Notes: a model not told the origin generated them from the letters alone. Positions 39,719-50,174 are shown, counted from the first letter of the stretch. The stretch: DNA of 64,000 bases from an uncultured delta proteobacterium (GCA_963755715.1 CAVWLW010000069.1:146890-210889), one strand, 5' to 3'. Translations and numbers: made by a program.

Positions 39719-42700
39719 ATGTCGGATCTAGAGAATTCATTCTCTGAGAATTCACCCGCCGCAGCGAATGCGCTCACCGGCGGGGGTCAGATGGGCGCAT
39801 TGATCCGGTCAACGGATTGGTCGGAAAGACCGCCTGGTCGGATCGACTTTTGGCCGCAGAGCCTGCGCTTGGCTTTGCGTATCATGCTCGATGCGCCCAA
39901 CCCGAGCTTTGTCTGGTGGGGCAAAGCGCGAATCAATTTTTACAATGATGCGGCGGTCCCGCTGTTCGGCAAGCGCCACCCCGACGCCTTAGGCGAACCG
40001 GCTGACAAACTTTGGCGTACCGTAGGGGATGGGATCGGGCCACCAAGCAACGTTATTTTCAACGAAAGGAAAGGCGGCCGGCTTGATCAAGTCGCTTTGA
40101 TGGTCGAGCGGCACGGCTTTGCCGAAGAAGCTTATTTCACATTCTCATACAGCCCGATTGCTGACGATGGTGGTGAGGGCGGCGTATTCTGCGTGGCGAC
40201 GGAGGACACGGAGCGAATTTTGAACGAACGCCGCCTGGGCGCTTTGAGCCGCCTCACGCGCGTCGGCGCCGACGCGCGCACGGTGGATCAGGCATGCCAG
40301 TTGGCGGCGCAGGTGATCGAAGAGAATCCGCGCGATATTTCCTTCGCGCTAATTTATCTAATCGATCCGAGCGAGAAGCAAGCGCGGCTCGCGCGGCGGG
40401 TCGGGCTAGCTAATGACGAAGCCCATGCGCCTCTTTTCATCGATCTGGTGGGTGAATCAGAATGCCCTTGGCCGTTGGCGCGCGTTCTCGAGGGAAAAAC
40501 AGAAAAGCTATTCCGGCTCGACAGGGCGGCGACTTTGCCGGGTGGCATTTGGCCGGAGCCCGCCAACGCCGTGGTCATGCTGCCACTTCGCGAAGTCGGC
40601 TCGGAGCAACTAACGGGCTTCATGGTGATCGGCGCCAGCCCCCGCCTTTACCTGGACTCCAAATACGAAGAATTCTTCGAGCTCTTCGCCAACGGCGTGG
40701 CAGATGCTATTGCGGCGGCGCGCACGCGCGAACAAGCGCGCAGCCGGATCGAAGCAGCCGCGGTGTTTGAAATACTGAAAAAACGCGAAACAGAGCTGTC
40801 TCGCGAAGTGACAACCATCAGCCAACTCTATCGCCTGAGCGCGCAACTGCTCCAGCCAACGAGCCTGCACGCCGCGCTCGTGCAGATTCTCGATGCGTCG
40901 ATCGAGCTGATCGGCGCGGACATGGGTAACATCCAAATCTTTCAACCCCTGCGCGATACTCTGGAAATCGTCGCTCAGCGCGGTTTCACCGGGGAGTTTC
41001 TCGACGATTTCGAGCCGGTCGCGGCGGGGGACGGGACGGCTTACGGTCGCGCGCTCGCAACCCGGGAGCGGGTCATTATTGAAGACGTCGAGCGCGATGA
41101 ATTATTCAGGCCGTATCGCGCCACGGCGGCTCGAGCGGGTTATCGCGCCGTGCTTTCCGTGCCGCTCGTCAGCCGGCGCGGCGATATTCTTGGCGTGCTG
41201 TCGACGCATTGCCGCGAGCCGCACCGTCCCGAGGAACACGAGTTGCGCATGCTCGACCTGTACGCGGGCCATGCGGTCGATGCCATCGAACGCATTCGTG
41301 CCGAGGAAGCGCAGCGCGAAAGCGAAATGGATCGGCAGAAGTTCGTTTCCCTGGTGGAAAACTGCACCGACTTCATCGGCATGGCAGCCCTCGACGGCAG
41401 GGTTCTCTATATCAATCCGGCGGGCCGGGACATCGTCGGTCTCGACAGCGAAGCGGCCGCGCGCCAGGCCGTCATGGCCGATTATCTCCCGCCCGACATG
41501 GAGCGCTATTTCGAATCCGACGTGCTCCCGACGGTGCTCAAGTCAGGACACTGGGAGGGCGAGGTCGCATTTAAGCACATCAAGACCGGGCTGCCAGTAC
41601 CGATCTATCAAGTCATGTTTTTGATTCGCTATCCGAGCGACGGCGGACCGTTTTGCTTGGCCATCGTGGCGCGGGATATCACCCGACGCAAGCAAGCGGA
41701 AATGGCGCTCCACGCCAGCGAAGAACGCTTTCGCCTCGCCACGCGGGCGGGAAAAGTCGGCGTGTGGGACTGGGACATCGTGCGCAACCGCATTTCTTGG
41801 AGCGAGTCCTTGTATGGCATTCATGGGGTGAAGCCGGAAGCCTTCGATGCCACCCTCGAAGGCTTCAGCGCCTTGATTCACCCTGAGGACAGCCGACGGG
41901 TTTCGGAAAAAATCGCGCGCTCGCTCGACACCGGCGAACCCTACGAAATCGAGTTCCGCATTCTTCGGCCCGATGGAAATATCGTGTGGATCTTTACCGA
42001 TGCGACGGTGATCCGGGCCGGCGATCAGCCTGTGCGCATGGTTGGCGCGACGGTCGACATCAGCGAACACAAGCACCTCGAGCAAGCGTTGCGCCAAAGC
42101 GAGCAGAAGTTACGCGATCACGCGAAAGAGTTGGAACAGCAATTGATCGCGTCGGGAAGACTGATCTCTCTGGGCGAGGTGACCGCTTCCATGGCCCACG
42201 AATTCAACAACCCGCTCGGCATCATCATCGGCTTTATCGAAGACCTCCTGAGCAGCAAGCGGCCGAGCGACCCCGACTTCCACTCTCTGCAGATCATCGA
42301 CGAGGAGGCCAAGCGCTGTAAAAAAATCGTTCAGGATCTCATGGAATACTCCCGGCCGAAGAACGCCGAAATGGCGCCGACCAATATTGTAAATGTCATC
42401 GATCGGACGTTGAAGATGGTCGAGAATCATCTCTATAAACAGAAGATCGAGGCTGTCACAACCATCGATCCGTCGCTGCCGCGGATTCACGCGGACTCAC
42501 AACAGCTCGCGCAAGTGCTGGTCAATCTTTTTCTGAATGCCATCGATGCCATGCCCAACGGCGGCAAGCTGACCGTAGCGGCGCAAATAGCTACCCACGA
42601 TCACACACCTCCGGCCCTGGTGGTGAGTGTCGCCGACAGCGGTATCGGTATCGAAAAAGATTTTCTGCCGAAAATCTTTCAACCGTTTTATACCGCGAAA

Positions 42701-42832
42701 AAGCGCCGAGGCTTGGGCTTGGGACTGCCGATCTGCGAGCGCATCGTCAACAACCACGGCGGCAGCATCGAGGTGAAAAGCCGCCACGGCGAAGGCACGA
42801 CCTTCACCATCTACCTGCCGATCACTCACTGA
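39719..42832 (+). CDS. Cytoplasmic multi-PAS/GAF histidine kinase
   Basis: WPQSLR..FYNDA PAS-like domain, GAF domains, DITRRK and DISEHK PAC ends, AHEFNNPL. Confidence 0.92.
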   Translation: MSDLENSFSENSPAAANALTGGGQMGALIRSTDWSERPPGRIDFWPQSLRLALRIMLDAPNPSFVWWGKARINFYNDAAVPLFGKRHPDALGEPADKLWRTVGDGIGPPSNVIFNERKGGRLDQVALMVERHGFAEEAYFTFSYSPIADDGGEGGVFCVATEDTERILNERRLGALSRLTRVGADARTVDQACQLAAQVIEENPRDISFALIYLIDPSEKQARLARRVGLANDEAHAPLFIDLVGESECPWPLARVLEGKTEKLFRLDRAATLPGGIWPEPANAVVMLPLREVGSEQLTGFMVIGASPRLYLDSKYEEFFELFANGVADAIAAARTREQARSRIEAAAVFEILKKRETELSREVTTISQLYRLSAQLLQPTSLHAALVQILDASIELIGADMGNIQIFQPLRDTLEIVAQRGFTGEFLDDFEPVAAGDGTAYGRALATRERVIIEDVERDELFRPYRATAARAGYRAVLSVPLVSRRGDILGVLSTHCREPHRPEEHELRMLDLYAGHAVDAIERIRAEEAQRESEMDRQKFVSLVENCTDFIGMAALDGRVLYINPAGRDIVGLDSEAAARQAVMADYLPPDMERYFESDVLPTVLKSGHWEGEVAFKHIKTGLPVPIYQVMFLIRYPSDGGPFCLAIVARDITRRKQAEMALHASEERFRLATRAGKVGVWDWDIVRNRISWSESLYGIHGVKPEAFDATLEGFSALIHPEDSRRVSEKIARSLDTGEPYEIEFRILRPDGNIVWIFTDATVIRAGDQPVRMVGATVDISEHKHLEQALRQSEQKLRDHAKELEQQLIASGRLISLGEVTASMAHEFNNPLGIIIGFIEDLLSSKRPSDPDFHSLQIIDEEAKRCKKIVQDLMEYSRPKNAEMAPTNIVNVIDRTLKMVENHLYKQKIEAVTTIDPSLPRIHADSQQLAQVLVNLFLNAIDAMPNGGKLTVAAQIATHDHTPPALVVSVADSGIGIEKDFLPKIFQPFYTAKKRRGLGLGLPICERIVNNHGGSIEVKSRHGEGTTFTIYLPITH

Positions 42833-43041
42833 TCCCCTAAACGGATAAAGCTCCGCCACAGCACGATCGACTGGCTAGCCACCGCGTACTAACAAAGCGG
42901 CTTTGTGCCGCCGAACTAGGCTGAAATTGAGATTGGTGGGGCGAGTTTTCTTACGTGCCCTTCAGGTGGGTGTTAGAACTGGCGGGGGGGAATGCAAACG
43001 TGTTTCTTCTGCGGGTCACTCCATAAACCAAGCCGCGACGC

Positions 43042-44688
43042 TTAGTAATCGATCACGATCCGATCGCGTACACCTTTGACGCCCGGCACGCCCAGAGTCG
43101 CCCGCACCGCGGCGAGTTTCTGTCGTGGCGTCGCCACCCGGCCTTCGAGGTAAACGGTGCCGTCATCGACGTAGGACACCTGCACACCGTCGATGGCGCG
43201 GTCGCGAATCGCCTTGTAGATCTCGATCTGCAATTTTCTTTCCGTCAACGCTTCGCCGTTTGGCGCTGGCGGGCGGCGCTTGATCACCATGCGCTTGTTA
43301 TTAGGTATCTCCGGGGAGCTTTTTGCCGGGGCATTTACCGATGGATCAGGAGCCTCGGTTTGTGCGCGCTCGGCTGTTTCCGGCGCCGGCACGATTTCGT
43401 CATTTGTGTTATTTGGCGCAGGCGCCGAGCTGTCAGGCGGGGGTGTGACGTGGGATACCGTGTCGTGATCGTTTTCCAGCTTGTTTGCCGCCAACGGCGC
43501 CGCGGGCTGCGCACCCTCATGCTGTCGCCCAAAGTCGGGCAACTTTGCTAAATATGCGCGCACGAGCGGGACGAGATTGGGTTGGTTCTCCATGCCGATA
43601 AACAGTGCCGCAGCAGCAATCAGGCAGAGGATCACCAAAGTACGAACGCCGCTGCGATGCGCGTGCCGCGGCTTATGCCAGCCGATATCTACGAAGAATG
43701 GCTCGAATTCCGGCTCTGATGACCGGCCGTTTTTTCGTTCGTTTTCGCGCTTCTCCTTTTTACTGCTCCGATGCGCGCTTGTTAATGGACTGCTCGATTC
43801 CCACGATCGAGGGATGGCCTCGTCTCGCGCCGTATTTTCTTTTTGAGGCGGAGAGGCGTGGGGTGTCTTCTCGGAGTGGTCGACGAGCTTCAACTCGTGG
43901 GCCGCCTCCTCTATGTCTGCCGTCGTCACGGAGCTTTTAGCCTTGGCGTAGGCGATCAATAACGCATTATCGCAGATTACGTTGATGAGGCGCGGGATGC
44001 CTTTCGAATAATGCGCAAGGCGCACGATCGATTCTGCATCGAACAAGTCTTGTCTTTCGCATTGGACAGTTTTGAGTCTGGAATCGACGTATGAGCTTAC
44101 CTCACCCTCCTGTAGGGGCTTCATCCTGCAACGAACAGCTACTCTTTGTTTAAGCTGAAGTAGACCGGCTCGATCGAGCTTTTCTTCAAGCTCGGGCTGA
44201 CCTACCAAAACAATTTGGATGAGCTTTTCTGTATTGGTCTCCAGATTGGAAAGAAGCCTGAGTTCTTCGAGCATCTCCTCGTCTAGGTTCTGAGCTTCAT
44301 CGATCAACAAAGAAACAATATCGCCCCTCTCGAGCTGTGCGATCAAATAGTCATAAAACTGCCCGATCATCGCCAACCGCTCGCCTGTAGGATTCGGCGA
44401 CAATCCTAGATCGCTCAGAGTGAGCCGGAGCACCTCGTTAAAAGTGAGATGGGGATCGAAAATCCAAGCCGTATGAACGTTGCGATCCAGGTTGCCCAGC
44501 AGCCTTTTCAGCAGAGTCGTTTTTCCCGTGCCCGGTTCGCCCGTGACAACGATGAAGCCCTTGCGGGCAGCGATGCCGTAACGAAGCGTCGCAAACGCTT
44601 CGTCATAGCAGGCGTTGGTAAAGAAAAATCGCGGATCCGGCGTGATATTGAAAGGCGACTCCGGAAATCCAAAGTGTTCGTTGTACAT
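43042..44688 (-). CDS. ExeA/GspA-like AAA ATPase with TM helix and C-terminal BON domain
   Basis: MYNEHFGFPESPFNITPDP, GEPGTGKT, IDEAQ and GIPRLINVICD. BON segment GTVYLEGRV..GVKGVRDRI. Confidence 0.88.
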   Translation of the reverse strand: MYNEHFGFPESPFNITPDPRFFFTNACYDEAFATLRYGIAARKGFIVVTGEPGTGKTTLLKRLLGNLDRNVHTAWIFDPHLTFNEVLRLTLSDLGLSPNPTGERLAMIGQFYDYLIAQLERGDIVSLLIDEAQNLDEEMLEELRLLSNLETNTEKLIQIVLVGQPELEEKLDRAGLLQLKQRVAVRCRMKPLQEGEVSSYVDSRLKTVQCERQDLFDAESIVRLAHYSKGIPRLINVICDNALLIAYAKAKSSVTTADIEEAAHELKLVDHSEKTPHASPPQKENTARDEAIPRSWESSSPLTSAHRSSKKEKRENERKNGRSSEPEFEPFFVDIGWHKPRHAHRSGVRTLVILCLIAAAALFIGMENQPNLVPLVRAYLAKLPDFGRQHEGAQPAAPLAANKLENDHDTVSHVTPPPDSSAPAPNNTNDEIVPAPETAERAQTEAPDPSVNAPAKSSPEIPNNKRMVIKRRPPAPNGEALTERKLQIEIYKAIRDRAIDGVQVSYVDDGTVYLEGRVATPRQKLAAVRATLGVPGVKGVRDRIVIDY

Positions 44689-44733
44689 GGTTTTTACCCT
44701 CGCGAAACGTCGTTCTCGCGCGGCGCGGATAAA

Positions 44734-46350
44734 CTAATTGAGCCGATCAAAAAAAGCATCTTCTTTGTGCACGTAACCGCGGACGCTTTCACTCTCCATA
44801 GAACGTATCTTGAAATACTCGCCGCTCCTTCCAACCAGTTGAATTCGTGTTCCGGGACGCAGCGTGGCGATAACGTCCGATTTCGCATCCGGCTTTTCCC
44901 GGACAAAGGAATTTCCGATGACTTCAAAACGAGCCCGCGACGATGCCGGCTCTCGGCTTGAGCTCTGATCCCTCACAGAGGCCCGCTGGACAGTTTCTGG
45001 CGGCACCGAGGGATCAATGCGTTTTGGCTTCAGACCGGCGAGATCTTTATCTTTGTTCTCGATTCTTTCCAGTCTACGCTTACTTGCCGGCGTCAAAGAT
45101 TTTTTGACGCTATAGGGGCGCGCGGACTCTAACACAGGCGGATCCTGTCGCTCCGTGAGTTTAACCGTATCTTCATCGCTTGGACCGGTCGTCAAAACAC
45201 GTAAGATTCGCTCCGGAAGCGGCACGACGGCCTCTTTGATTTTTTCTATTTCTATATTGTCGCTCCCAAGCGAGAGATAATTTGAATTCTGCCGGTAGGA
45301 GAAAAACTCGACGACTCCCAGGACGAGGACGAGCGTCGCAAACACGGCCGCCAGTCCTGCCCATCGCGTTTCGTTGGCGTGGAAAGGCGGAGTTGTCTGC
45401 GTGCGGCTTTCAAAATCCGCCTCTCCATCTTGAGCCATGCGGCTTTCGTTTATGATTTCTCGGCGGCAGTCGATCTCTTCAGCCGGAATTTCTAATTTTG
45501 GCGCTATCAGCGAGACAGATGGCAACGATTTGGGATAAGGCTCTTCAAGATGAAGGTCGGCGGCGGCCTCAGCGATCATCTCCGCGTTAACCACTTTTTG
45601 CGATTTTGCGTATGCAATAAGTAGCGCATTATCGCAAATCACATTAATGAGTCGAGGAATACCTTTGGAATAGTATGAAATCCGCTCGATGGCGGTGGTC
45701 GCAAAGATAGCTTTCCCTGAATAGCCCACGGCCGCGAGTCTAGAATCAATGTAGGAAGAAGTTTCATGGCTCTCGAGCGGCACGAGTCGAGAGCGAAGAA
45801 CGATCCGTTGTTTGAGCTGACGAAGTGACGGTTTTTCGAGCTTGGATTCGAATTCAGGTTGGCCAAGCAATACGATTTGGAGCAGCTTTACACCTGCGCT
45901 CTCCAGATTCGAAAGCAGTCTCAGCTCCTCAAGGACATCGTCACGCAGATCCTGCGCTTCGTCAAGCAATAAAGCGACAATGTGATCGTCTCTGAGCTGT
46001 TCGATCAAATAGTCATAAAACTGCCCGATCATCGCCAGTCGATCCGGTGTTGGACTCGGTGGCAATCCTAGATCGCTCAGAGTGAGCCGGAAAATCTCGT
46101 TAAAAGTGAGATGCGGATCGAAAATCCAAGCCGTGTGGACGTTCCGATCAAAGTTGCCCAGCAACCTTTTCAGCAGAGTTGTTTTTCCCGTTCCGGGTTC
46201 GCCTGTAACGACAATGAAGCCCTTGCGGGCTTCGATCCCGTAACGAAGCGTCGCAAACGCTTCGTCGTAGCAGGAGTTGGTAAAGAAAAATCGCGAGTCC
46301 GGCGTGACATTAAACGGCGGCTCGCGTAGCCCGAAGTAATCCTCGTACAT
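44734..46350 (-). CDS. ExeA/GspA-like AAA ATPase with TM helix and C-terminal SH3 domain
   Basis: Same ATPase motifs as 43042-44688. SH3b segment VREKPDAKSDVIATLRPG...GYVH. Confidence 0.88.
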   Translation of the reverse strand: MYEDYFGLREPPFNVTPDSRFFFTNSCYDEAFATLRYGIEARKGFIVVTGEPGTGKTTLLKRLLGNFDRNVHTAWIFDPHLTFNEIFRLTLSDLGLPPSPTPDRLAMIGQFYDYLIEQLRDDHIVALLLDEAQDLRDDVLEELRLLSNLESAGVKLLQIVLLGQPEFESKLEKPSLRQLKQRIVLRSRLVPLESHETSSYIDSRLAAVGYSGKAIFATTAIERISYYSKGIPRLINVICDNALLIAYAKSQKVVNAEMIAEAAADLHLEEPYPKSLPSVSLIAPKLEIPAEEIDCRREIINESRMAQDGEADFESRTQTTPPFHANETRWAGLAAVFATLVLVLGVVEFFSYRQNSNYLSLGSDNIEIEKIKEAVVPLPERILRVLTTGPSDEDTVKLTERQDPPVLESARPYSVKKSLTPASKRRLERIENKDKDLAGLKPKRIDPSVPPETVQRASVRDQSSSREPASSRARFEVIGNSFVREKPDAKSDVIATLRPGTRIQLVGRSGEYFKIRSMESESVRGYVHKEDAFFDRLN

Positions 46351-46606
46351 AAAATTTTCTCGGATGGACGATTGGGCGAAATTACACCATGCCACCGATA
46401 ACGGTTCGCCGGATCGACTTTAAACCGAACACCTTGGTTTCGGTCGGGCACCAAATCAGTGTCACGACCATCTCATGTCGATATAAAAGAAGCAAATTCG
46501 GTTCCTGCACTTGCCGGATCTATCCATGCGTGATTTGAAGTAAGCTGTCGGGCTTAAGTGAGAAGTCCGGCGTTTGACAAGTCGCTGTACGACTCGCGTT
46601 ATCCGG

Positions 46607-48169
46607 TTATGGTTGACTCTGCTTGAGTATCCTAGCGGGCTGGCCGCTGCTCGGCGCCGATTGTTTGGCAATGAAGTCTTTTTCTTTGTAGAGTTTTTTA
46701 TCCAACCCATAACTTCTCATTTTTCGGGAAAGCGTTCTCACGCCTATCCGGCAGGTCTTGGCGGTGAGGCCGACGTTTCCGCCAAGATCCTCGAGCTTAC
46801 GGGCGAGATAATTCTTTTCCATTTGCTTCAGCCACTGTCGAAGCGAAGCAGAGCCCGCGATGGGATTTTTGTCCTGGTTCGGCGCCGGCGTCACATCCGG
46901 CAATTTGACTTCCTCGATAATCCGGCCGGTCGATAGCAGGATCGCGCACTCGAGGCGATTCTGCAGTTCGCGGATATTGCCGGGCCAGGAGTATTCACTA
47001 AGACGCATTAAAACTTTATCTGAAACGTTAACGATTCGCTTGCTCTTGGCAACTGGATGTTGTTGCAAAAAATTCCGCACCAAGAGAGGTATGTCGACTG
47101 AACGCTCACGTAGGGGAATAAGATGGATGGGCACTACGTTTAAGCGATGATAGAAATCCACACGCAGCGTTCCTTCTGTCACCATGTCTTTTAACGACAC
47201 GTTGCTCGCGGCGATCACGCGTAAATCAACGTGCACGTTTTCGCTGGCGCCAAGCGCGCGGACCTTGCGGTCCTCAAGCACGCGCAGCATCTTACCCTGA
47301 ATGGCCAGTGGCATACTTTCGATTTCATTCAGAAACAATGTGCCGCCGTCGGCCATGACGATCTTTCCGGGTCTGGCATCGGCGGTCCCGATCGTTGCGG
47401 CGTTATTGCAGCCGAACAGCTCGTTTTCCAGAAGACGCTCCGGAAAACCGGCGCAATTAATCGCCACGAAAGGTCCGGTACGACGGTCGCTATGATAGTG
47501 AATGGCGTGCGCGACCAGTTCTTTTCCGGTTCCCGTTTCTCCCTGAATCAGTACGGTCATGTCGGTCGGCGCGGCGACACGAATCAGTTCGAAGACCCGA
47601 TGCATCTGCGCCGTTTGGCTGAGCATCTCACTGAAGTGAAATCGCTCCCTGAGCCAGCGTCTCAGATGGCGAATTTCCATCGAAGTCTTACTGCTCTCCA
47701 ATGCCGCTCGAGTCGATTCGAGAACCGCCGCCAAATCAAAAGGCTTCATCACGAAATCGCACGCGCCGAGTTTCAGCACGTCAACGGCGGTTTGGATGTC
47801 GGCATATCCGGTAATCGCGATCACCGGCAGATCGGGGTATTTCTCGTGGATTTGGGATATAAACTGCACACCGTCCATTCCAGGCAGTTTAATATCCGTA
47901 ATCACAAAATCTACATCACCGTCGTCGAGCCGCCGAAGTCCCGCTTCCGCTGAGGAAAAAGCAGACACTGCATAACCGCTTTGCACATAGAGCCGCTCCA
48001 GTTGCTCACGGACGACCGGGTCATCGTCGATGATCAGCACATCGGCAGTCGACAAGTCTGCTCTGTTTTGCGCGCTTTTGAAGCGAACGTCGGTCTCGTC
48101 GGTGCGACGTGCTGATCCCTCACGGTGGTCCCGCAGAGCCAAAACGGTGTTTTCGAAATTCGATGACAT
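46607..48169 (-). CDS. NtrC-family response regulator with degenerate GAFTGA and Walker B
   Basis: Receiver intact and GETGTGKE present, but ENELFGCNNAATIGTA and TLFLNEI. Confidence 0.85.
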   Translation of the reverse strand: MSSNFENTVLALRDHREGSARRTDETDVRFKSAQNRADLSTADVLIIDDDPVVREQLERLYVQSGYAVSAFSSAEAGLRRLDDGDVDFVITDIKLPGMDGVQFISQIHEKYPDLPVIAITGYADIQTAVDVLKLGACDFVMKPFDLAAVLESTRAALESSKTSMEIRHLRRWLRERFHFSEMLSQTAQMHRVFELIRVAAPTDMTVLIQGETGTGKELVAHAIHYHSDRRTGPFVAINCAGFPERLLENELFGCNNAATIGTADARPGKIVMADGGTLFLNEIESMPLAIQGKMLRVLEDRKVRALGASENVHVDLRVIAASNVSLKDMVTEGTLRVDFYHRLNVVPIHLIPLRERSVDIPLLVRNFLQQHPVAKSKRIVNVSDKVLMRLSEYSWPGNIRELQNRLECAILLSTGRIIEEVKLPDVTPAPNQDKNPIAGSASLRQWLKQMEKNYLARKLEDLGGNVGLTAKTCRIGVRTLSRKMRSYGLDKKLYKEKDFIAKQSAPSSGQPARILKQSQP

Positions 48170-48190
48170 CGAACTAATAAATTCCCAGTA

Positions 48191-49264
48191 TTAAATAGAT
48201 TTGTCTGAGGGTACCTTAATCGAAATCGAAAACACGCCCCGGTTGCGTTGTTCTTTTTGAAAAATAATTTTACCGAAATGGCGCCGCAGGATTTGCCGAG
48301 CGAGAACCATGGTTAATCCAACTCGATAATCATTGACCTTTAAATAAGGCCGGAAGACTTCCTTTTCCTCTACATCGAGGCAAGAGGGTGACACATTGAT
48401 GACTTGAAGCTCGATATCAAACGCCGCGCCGATGCGGTTTACGCCGGCCTTGATCTTCAAATCTCCGCCTTTCGGCAGGAGCGCACAAGAGAAATCGATC
48501 ACCCGCTTGAAGGCATTGCAAAAATCCGAGCCGATCGGCAACTCGGGCAACGGATCTTTAAACTCGACCGCGATACGGATACCACGGTCCTTAAGCCGCT
48601 CCGAACTCGATTGAATTACCTCACAGATCGTCCTCGCCGGATTCTCGCGCCATGGCTCGGCGGCAGTCGACGATAGGTACTCATTGACCTCATCGGTCAA
48701 TTCCGCGATGCGTTGAATCCCTCGGTCAACAGCTCTGGCACTCTGAGGGGGCAAGGAACCAGCGAGAAGCAGTAGATCAATCTCGCCTTTTATTGCCTGT
48801 AACCCATTGCCAATCTCATGATTGAATCCATTTAGGAAGTCCCGGATAGACGGGCTTTCCAATATTTCTTTGTCGGAGTCTTCCTGCTGGGCATAGAGAC
48901 TCCAAACTACCGCCGGTTTATTTTTACGGAGTGGATAGGAAAACAGATCCTCGCGCATACGGATTTGCTCAGACCGGCCTCCCGGCAGAAAGCGATAATA
49001 ACACGAGGCGCTATTGTTCTCGCCGCTCTGAATTTGCCGCCAAGCAGATATGAAACTGTCGCGGTCTTTTGGATGGATGCGCTCGATCCAGAGAGACGAC
49101 TCTTGCAAAAAATCGTTCTCGGAGAAGCCCAGAAGCCGGCTAACGTAATTGTTGAATACGCACGACTGACGGTCTGGACTCCACAGCGCCGCAGGAAACG
49201 GCAACCGCTCTATGACAGGTCTGGATTCGCAAAGACCTTGATGGCTTTCTGTGCTGTTTATCAC
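48191..49264 (-). CDS. PAS-domain histidine kinase with degenerate ATPase domain
   Basis: WIERIHPKDR PAS and H-box NHEIGNGL. N, G1 and G2 boxes are not recognisable. Confidence 0.7.
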   Translation of the reverse strand: MINSTESHQGLCESRPVIERLPFPAALWSPDRQSCVFNNYVSRLLGFSENDFLQESSLWIERIHPKDRDSFISAWRQIQSGENNSASCYYRFLPGGRSEQIRMREDLFSYPLRKNKPAVVWSLYAQQEDSDKEILESPSIRDFLNGFNHEIGNGLQAIKGEIDLLLLAGSLPPQSARAVDRGIQRIAELTDEVNEYLSSTAAEPWRENPARTICEVIQSSSERLKDRGIRIAVEFKDPLPELPIGSDFCNAFKRVIDFSCALLPKGGDLKIKAGVNRIGAAFDIELQVINVSPSCLDVEEKEVFRPYLKVNDYRVGLTMVLARQILRRHFGKIIFQKEQRNRGVFSISIKVPSDKSI

Positions 49265-49339
49265 TTTGCGCCCGAACCGTTCTTGGCACTAAATAGGCGC
49301 TGCAAACGGTCGGCCTATGTGCGCCCGCCGTGGTAAACC

Positions 49340-49543
49340 CTAAGTAAAGCTTTGTTGATAGCGCGCCGCGGCGGGTGAATCTCGCGCGGAGATCTCTTCT
49401 GTATGAAGCCCAAGTCTTTGCGCATCGACAAAGCAATAATAGCAAACAGTCATATCGAGTAGTCTAACGCCCGATTCTTCGCTCGTGACTCGGTACGCTT
49501 TGCCCATTATGAATTGGCCGCAGTGTTGGCATTGATAATTCAT
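49340..49543 (-). CDS. 67-aa CxxC...CxxC zinc-binding microprotein
   Basis: MNYQCQHCG...TVCYYC, directly after a sigma54 promoter. Confidence 0.7.
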   Translation of the reverse strand: MNYQCQHCGQFIMGKAYRVTSEESGVRLLDMTVCYYCFVDAQRLGLHTEEISARDSPAAARYQQSFT

Positions 49544-49555
49544 ATCGCCTAAAAA

Positions 49556-49571
49556 CGCAAGGACTGTGCCA
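49556..49571 (-). promoter_or_regulatory. sigma54 promoter
   Basis: TGGCACAGTCCTTGCG. UAS-like boxes at 49663-49681 and 49696-49714. Confidence 0.78.
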
Positions 49572-49705
49572 CGAAATTCCTGTTTTCGCGCACAGTGGAA
49601 ATCATTATCATAGCGATACTTTTGCGGGCTAACCGTTTGAACCGTCAGTTTAGCGAGTCAAGTGACTGGTTTTCCCCGACATAACGGCGCAGAAATGTAA
49701 GAAAA

Positions 49706-50092
49706 CTACAGACAGACCTCTCGCAGCATCGATTTACAAAACATAGCCGCTAGCGTTGCCGAGATCGACTCCAATTGCGGCGGGATTTTCAATATGGCGC
49801 TCACAAGCATGATCAGGATCTGCATCTTTGATTCGTCGATGTCACCGGTTAAATCTAAAATATCCTTTGTACACAAACTTTTGCGCAGGTCCTCTTTTAT
49901 CGAATCGACAAAACTGGTGCCGTCGCACTGCAAATCATTCCGGATTTTTTCGCCTCGGCTTATCCATTCATCGGCCGGCGATTCGGTTTTGCGCAGATCG
50001 ACGAGCCAGACGAGCATATGCGCGACTCGCGTCGGTGGCGCCGCTGCCAACAGCTGACATCCCAGTCGATCACAGGTTCGCTGAGGGGCCAA
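49706..50092 (-). CDS. Hypothetical protein, possibly a fragment
   Basis: Open frame co-oriented with neighbours, no recognised motif. Confidence 0.4.
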   Translation of the reverse strand: MAPQRTCDRLGCQLLAAAPPTRVAHMLVWLVDLRKTESPADEWISRGEKIRNDLQCDGTSFVDSIKEDLRKSLCTKDILDLTGDIDESKMQILIMLVSAILKIPPQLESISATLAAMFCKSMLREVCL

Positions 50093-50174
50093 GGCATCTA
50101 ATCACACCTTTACGGCGTTACCACGCTAGGGAAACTCCGCTTACGTTAAACAACAATTGGAATTCGACGAGACG

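Noticed and set aside
46375-46400. sigma54 promoter before the ExeA pair (TGGCATGG)
   Set aside because: No GC at the -12 position.
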